A program made the position numbers and the translations under genes. Of a stretch of 64,000 bases of DNA, positions 59,556-64,000 are shown piece after piece. The notes under the pieces were generated by a model. That model saw only the letters and a program-made list of their open reading frames with translations. It ran no database searches and had not been told where the DNA came from. The DNA is from Verrucomicrobiota bacterium. Its GTDB lineage: Bacteria > Verrucomicrobiota > Verrucomicrobiia > Verrucomicrobiales > DEV007. Position 1 is the stretch's first letter; the number at the start of each line of letters is the position of its first letter. The stretch lies in NCBI GenBank assembly GCA_045046875.1, contig JASFYY010000030.1, positions 33,525-97,524 on the forward strand, given 5' to 3'.

Positions 59556-60716
59556 GTGATCTCATTTATGTCTTCCATCGAAAAGCAATATCACGAAATT
59601 GAGCAAACTCTGACGGTTTTCATCAAGCAAGCGCAGAGCGCTACAGTCAGCCCCCCTGATATTGCTGCGGACGAACAGGTTTTCACTGCACTGGCCCTCG
59701 AAATTTTCCGCTTTCAATACCAGAACAATAAACCCTATCAACAATGGTGCCGCCACCTCGGAGTCAATGATCCAGCAGCCCTCATTGGCTGGCAGCAAAT
59801 CCCTGCGGTGCCTACCTCTGCTTTCAAAGATTCCGGGCTCCGGCTGAACTGCTTTGAACAAGATAAGTTGCAGCATGTTTTCAAAACCAGCGGCACCACC
59901 AATGATCAGCAACGGCGCGGCGAGCACGGCTTCTATTCTGTCGAACTTTATCACCAATCTATCCTCAGTGCCTGGTCCCAACTGCAATTACCGAAAAACC
60001 TGCCTCACCTTTTTTTGACTCAAAAAGCATCGGATGCTCCGCACTCTTCCCTTTGCCACATGATGGACGTGCTCGGTGGATCCGGGCAGTCCGGCCACTC
60101 CGCCTCAAGCGACAAAACTTCCGATCCTTATTATATTTCAGCCGAGGGGCAACTTGAGCTTGCTCGCCTGATGGAAACCTGTCACTCGCTGGGTCAGCCT
60201 GCCCTGCTGCTTGGCACCGCACTCGCTTTGCTTAAACTGATCGAAGAACTCACCGCAAAATCAACCAGCTTAACTTTACCCGCGGGATCAGCACTGTTTG
60301 AAACCGGTGGTTACAAAGGCAGCGGACGCCACTTGGATAAAGCCGATTTTTATCGTCAATTGGAACAAACTCTGAGCATCCCTAGCGAGCTCATTTTTAA
60401 TGAATACAGCATGACCGAGCTCAGCTCGCAGTTTTACACCAAGGGTATTGACCAGGCGCATACCGGGCCACACTGGACACGCATCCAAATCATCGACCCC
60501 GTGACCCGCGAACCGGTCGCTGCCGGACAGAGTGGTCACCTGCAAATCCTCGATTTGGCCAACCTCGGTTCGGTGGCCGCCATCCGCACCGAGGACCTCG
60601 CCATCGCCACCGATTCACCCCGTTCCTTTCATCTGCAGGGAAGAGATCCTTCTGCCCTTCCCCGTGGTTGCTCCAGATCGGCTGATGAGATGTTAAATAG
60701 TGCGGAGCATCAATGA
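59556..60716 (+). CDS. LuxE-like acyl-protein synthetase
   Basis: FKTSGTT, ETGGYKG, EYSMTELSSQ, DLAN, PRGCS. Confidence 0.85.
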   Translation: MISFMSSIEKQYHEIEQTLTVFIKQAQSATVSPPDIAADEQVFTALALEIFRFQYQNNKPYQQWCRHLGVNDPAALIGWQQIPAVPTSAFKDSGLRLNCFEQDKLQHVFKTSGTTNDQQRRGEHGFYSVELYHQSILSAWSQLQLPKNLPHLFLTQKASDAPHSSLCHMMDVLGGSGQSGHSASSDKTSDPYYISAEGQLELARLMETCHSLGQPALLLGTALALLKLIEELTAKSTSLTLPAGSALFETGGYKGSGRHLDKADFYRQLEQTLSIPSELIFNEYSMTELSSQFYTKGIDQAHTGPHWTRIQIIDPVTREPVAAGQSGHLQILDLANLGSVAAIRTEDLAIATDSPRSFHLQGRDPSALPRGCSRSADEMLNSAEHQ

Positions 60717-63403
60717 ACATTTTTCCCGCAAGGTTTTCTCAAACAAAAATCACGGATTGTAACCGGTCTAAAAACTCTATTTTCATGAAAATCCCCCCAA
60801 TGCCTTTCTTCGCTGTCCTTCTCCTCGGCAGCTTTTTAGTCTTGCCGCTGCAAGCTGCTGACAAAGCCCCCCCGGCAAGCGAGCAGAACTTCTCACCCCA
60901 GCCCCCGACCCCCTATCTTTCTGCCGAGGAAAGTATGCAGCACTTTGAGTTGCCTGAAGGTTACAGCCTCGAACTGGTGCTCAGTGACCCCGATATCGAA
61001 GAGCCTGTCATTTGTGTGTTTGATGGCAATGGACGCCTTTTTGTCGCCGAAATGCGCACCTACATGCAGGACATTAATGGCAGCAACAAGTTCGAAAAAA
61101 TCAGTCGCGTTTCGATGCACGAAGACAGCAACGGTGATGGCCAATTGGACAAACACACGGTTTTTATCGACAAGCTGTTGTTGCCACGAATGCTTTTACC
61201 TCTCGATGACCGGCTCATCGTCGGCGAAACCAATACCCTCGACCTTTATTCATACCGCGATACCAATGGCGACGGAGTAGCTGATGAAAAAAAACTGATC
61301 TACAAAGGCGGCGAACGTGGCGGTAATCTGGAGCATCAACCGAGCGGCCTTATCTGGTCAATGGATAACTGGCTCTACACCACCTACAATGCCTACCGCC
61401 TGCGCCTGACCCGTGACGGTGAAATGATCAAGGAACCCACCGCAGCGAATGGCGGACAATGGGGACTGACTCAGGATAACTACGGCAAACCCTGGTATGT
61501 GAACGCAGGAGGAGAAATCGGACCGATCAACTTCCAGCAACCTATTGTTTACGGTGCCTTTAATGTTCCCGATCAGTACCCGCCCGACTACCGTGAAGTT
61601 TACCCTCTGATCCTCAAGCCTCGGCAGATGCCCGATGTTCAGGGCGGCACTCTGAGATACCACCCAAGTGATAAAACCCTCAACCACTTCACCGCCACCT
61701 GTGGAGCAGAAATCTACCGCGGAGACCGCCTGCCAAAAGATCTTCAAGGCGACCTGTTGTTTTCCGAGCCGGTCGGGCGCCTGATCCGACGCAGCAAAAT
61801 CACGGTGAAAGACGGCGTGACCTATTTGAAAAATGCTTACAACAATAAGGAATTCATTCGTTCAACTGACGCCAACTTCCGTGCGGTCAACATGACCACC
61901 GCGCCGGATGGCACGCTTTACATCGTCGATATGTATCGCGGCATCATCCAGGAAGGCAACTGGGTCGCGCCAGGATCTTATCTGCGCAAAGTGGTGCAAC
62001 AATACCAGCTCGACAAAAACTTTGCCCGAGGCCGCATCTACCGGCTGGTGCATAAGGACTTCAAACCCGGGCCTCAACCCAGAATGCTCGAGCAATCTCC
62101 TGCGGATTGGGTGCAACACCTCAGCCATGCCAACGGTTGGTGGCGTGACACTGCGCAAAAACTTCTCATCGTCAAAGGCGACACCTCGGTAGCTCCCGCC
62201 CTCAAAACCATGGCGCGTAGTCATGACAACCCGCTGGCACGCATGCACGCCTTGTGGACTCTCGAAGGTCTCGACCTATGGGATAAAGAGCTGCTGCTGG
62301 AAAAGATGGCAGATAAAGATCCCGCCGTCAGAACCACCGCCATTCGTATCAGTGAAACACTTTTCAAAAAAGGAGATCAAAGTCTGCTGCCTCCATTGCA
62401 TAAAATAATGACCAGCGACCCCGATCCCGGCGTGGTGGTGCAAGCCATGATGAGCAGTAAGTTGCTCAAACTCCCCGATTACAAAAAACAAATTGAAACC
62501 ACGATTGCCAAAAGCAGCAGTCATGGAGTGAAGGAATTTGGCAATCAATTGATCAAAGGAGCTCAAAGCGGCCCTTCCCGTTTAACGGCGGATCAGATCA
62601 AATCGATGAAAAACGGTGCGCTCATTTTCAACTCCCTGTGTTTTGCTTGTTATGCCCAGGATGGCAAAGGCATGCCCATCCCCGGATCGGGAGGCCAAAC
62701 GATGGCAGCGTCCTTTGTCGGATCAAAAACCCTCGCCGCCCACCCCGATATGTCGATCAATGTGGTTCTACATGGTCTCACCGGCCCGGTGGATGGCAAA
62801 ACCTTCCCCGGCGAAATGATCGCGATGAAAAGCAATGGTGATGAGTGGGTAGCCGACGTGCTCTCCTATGTGCGCAACAGTTTTGGCAATCGCTACGGGT
62901 TCATCAGCAAACAAGACGTGGCTAAAGTGCGCAACAAAAACAAAGACCGCCTCAAACCCTGGACCATCGAAGAATTGCGGGCTGCCGTGCCTTACCCCCT
63001 GCCTAATCGCAAGCAGTGGAAACTGAGCGCCAGCCATAACCAGAAAAGTATCCACAATGCGGTCGATGGTGAGATTTCCACGCGTTACGACACCGCAGGC
63101 AGCCAACAACCCGGCATGTGGTTTCAAATCGAGTTGCCGCAAGCCACGACCATCAGCAGCCTGGTGCTCGATACAACTGGATCCAACGGAGATTACCCGG
63201 TATCCTACACGGTTCACTTATCGAAAGACGGCAAACAATGGGGTCAACCCGTAGCCAAAGGCGGCAAAAAACAAGTCAAAACCCGAATGAGTATCAACTG
63301 GCCCGAACAAAAAGCCCGTTTCATCAAAATCACCCAAACCGGTGCCAAAAGCTCCTTCTGGTCGATACATGAATTGGATGTTTTAGGACGAAGCTCGAAG
63401 TAA
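60713..63403 (+). CDS. PVC-type membrane-bound dehydrogenase-domain protein with HEAT, cytochrome c-like and F5/8 discoidin domains
   Basis: LPEGYSLELV, PDGTLYIVDMY, WWRDTAQ, ARMHALWTL, C-terminal WSIHE. Confidence 0.85.
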   Translation: MNIFPARFSQTKITDCNRSKNSIFMKIPPMPFFAVLLLGSFLVLPLQAADKAPPASEQNFSPQPPTPYLSAEESMQHFELPEGYSLELVLSDPDIEEPVICVFDGNGRLFVAEMRTYMQDINGSNKFEKISRVSMHEDSNGDGQLDKHTVFIDKLLLPRMLLPLDDRLIVGETNTLDLYSYRDTNGDGVADEKKLIYKGGERGGNLEHQPSGLIWSMDNWLYTTYNAYRLRLTRDGEMIKEPTAANGGQWGLTQDNYGKPWYVNAGGEIGPINFQQPIVYGAFNVPDQYPPDYREVYPLILKPRQMPDVQGGTLRYHPSDKTLNHFTATCGAEIYRGDRLPKDLQGDLLFSEPVGRLIRRSKITVKDGVTYLKNAYNNKEFIRSTDANFRAVNMTTAPDGTLYIVDMYRGIIQEGNWVAPGSYLRKVVQQYQLDKNFARGRIYRLVHKDFKPGPQPRMLEQSPADWVQHLSHANGWWRDTAQKLLIVKGDTSVAPALKTMARSHDNPLARMHALWTLEGLDLWDKELLLEKMADKDPAVRTTAIRISETLFKKGDQSLLPPLHKIMTSDPDPGVVVQAMMSSKLLKLPDYKKQIETTIAKSSSHGVKEFGNQLIKGAQSGPSRLTADQIKSMKNGALIFNSLCFACYAQDGKGMPIPGSGGQTMAASFVGSKTLAAHPDMSINVVLHGLTGPVDGKTFPGEMIAMKSNGDEWVADVLSYVRNSFGNRYGFISKQDVAKVRNKNKDRLKPWTIEELRAAVPYPLPNRKQWKLSASHNQKSIHNAVDGEISTRYDTAGSQQPGMWFQIELPQATTISSLVLDTTGSNGDYPVSYTVHLSKDGKQWGQPVAKGGKKQVKTRMSINWPEQKARFIKITQTGAKSSFWSIHELDVLGRSSK

Positions 63404-63425
63404 GTATTCGTATTGGGGTTTGATG

Positions 63426-63869
63426 TCAAATCGAGCGGTAATAACTGAGCTCTAACAAACTTTGCCTTTCTTCGTTTTCAGAGATGTTTCTCAACCAAAT
63501 ACCAAAATCATAATCCTCCTCTTCCTCGTAGCTACCAATTAGAAGGTTTGTGTTTACTCCCAGATCACTTAAAGTATAACTTATTTGTTCAACAGTTCCG
63601 TCCTCGAAGTGCATTTTTAAAAATCGAAACGAAAGGTCTTTTCTGAATGAAAACCTTGTTGACCTAAACTGATGATAAATACCGTTCAGTCCAAAAACAA
63701 GACTTTCACCATCAAAAAAAAGGGAGAGGTCGGTTGTTCTTATTACATCAAAAGATCCATTCATCGATTCAGGATATTCCTCAATTGGAAGAAGGATAAA
63801 CTGAAGATCTCCAGTTTTTTCTAAAATCCTAATGTTTTTATATTTACTACTTTGGCGAAGAAATAACAT
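63426..63869 (-). CDS. Hypothetical AT-rich protein
   Basis: 147-aa ORF, low GC, no recognisable motif. Confidence 0.55.
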   Translation of the reverse strand: MLFLRQSSKYKNIRILEKTGDLQFILLPIEEYPESMNGSFDVIRTTDLSLFFDGESLVFGLNGIYHQFRSTRFSFRKDLSFRFLKMHFEDGTVEQISYTLSDLGVNTNLLIGSYEEEEDYDFGIWLRNISENEERQSLLELSYYRSI

Positions 63870-64000
63870 ATAAAGAGTTTATTTAAAAATCAAAAGCTCC
63901 CCCTATCTCTCTTCTTACTTATTATCCGCGTACATCCGCGAAATCCGCGGTAAAAAAATCCGCCGAATAGGGTCAGTCAAAAATTACATTTTCACTAAAA

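Noticed and set aside
17445..63372. Many long antisense or alternative-frame ORFs in the track
   Set aside because: They are shadows of well-supported genes and have no recognisable motifs
1..64000. tRNA, rRNA, CRISPR array or integrase/transposase genes
   Set aside because: None recognised by eye; a tRNAscan/Infernal run would be needed to exclude small RNAs

Overview
Chromosomal window from a bacterium that looks like a member of the PVC superphylum, most likely Verrucomicrobiota (inferred from sulfatases, Planctomycete-type cytochrome c domains and a PVC-type membrane dehydrogenase). The main discovery is an apparently complete, AT-rich filamentous (Inoviridae-like) prophage with an 8,405-bp unit length. 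It lies between two directly repeated 28-bp dif-like sites (8985-9012 and 17390-17417) and encodes no integrase, so it probably uses host XerCD. All its genes are on the minus strand: an HUH Rep, a likely ssDNA-binding protein, small minor-coat ORFs, a pVIII-like major coat, pIII, pVI, a Zot/pI ATPase, a pIV-like secretin and an HTH protein. Several hairpins and repeated motifs suggest origin, packaging and regulatory signals. Spot counts suggest the GC skew flips from G-rich to C-rich across this region, which fits the replication terminus. The rest of the window holds housekeeping and catabolic genes (rsmI, ribBA, ribH, glpK, rplI, dnaB, cmk, aroA, tyrA, lptE, BamD-like, SNF2 helicase, sulfatases, SDRs) and a TPR/ExbB/ExbD/ExbD operon ending in a TonB-like-anchored vWA protein. 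It also has a DnaA-box-flanked AT-rich intergenic region and REP-like repeats. All calls come from reading motifs by eye; no database searches were run.
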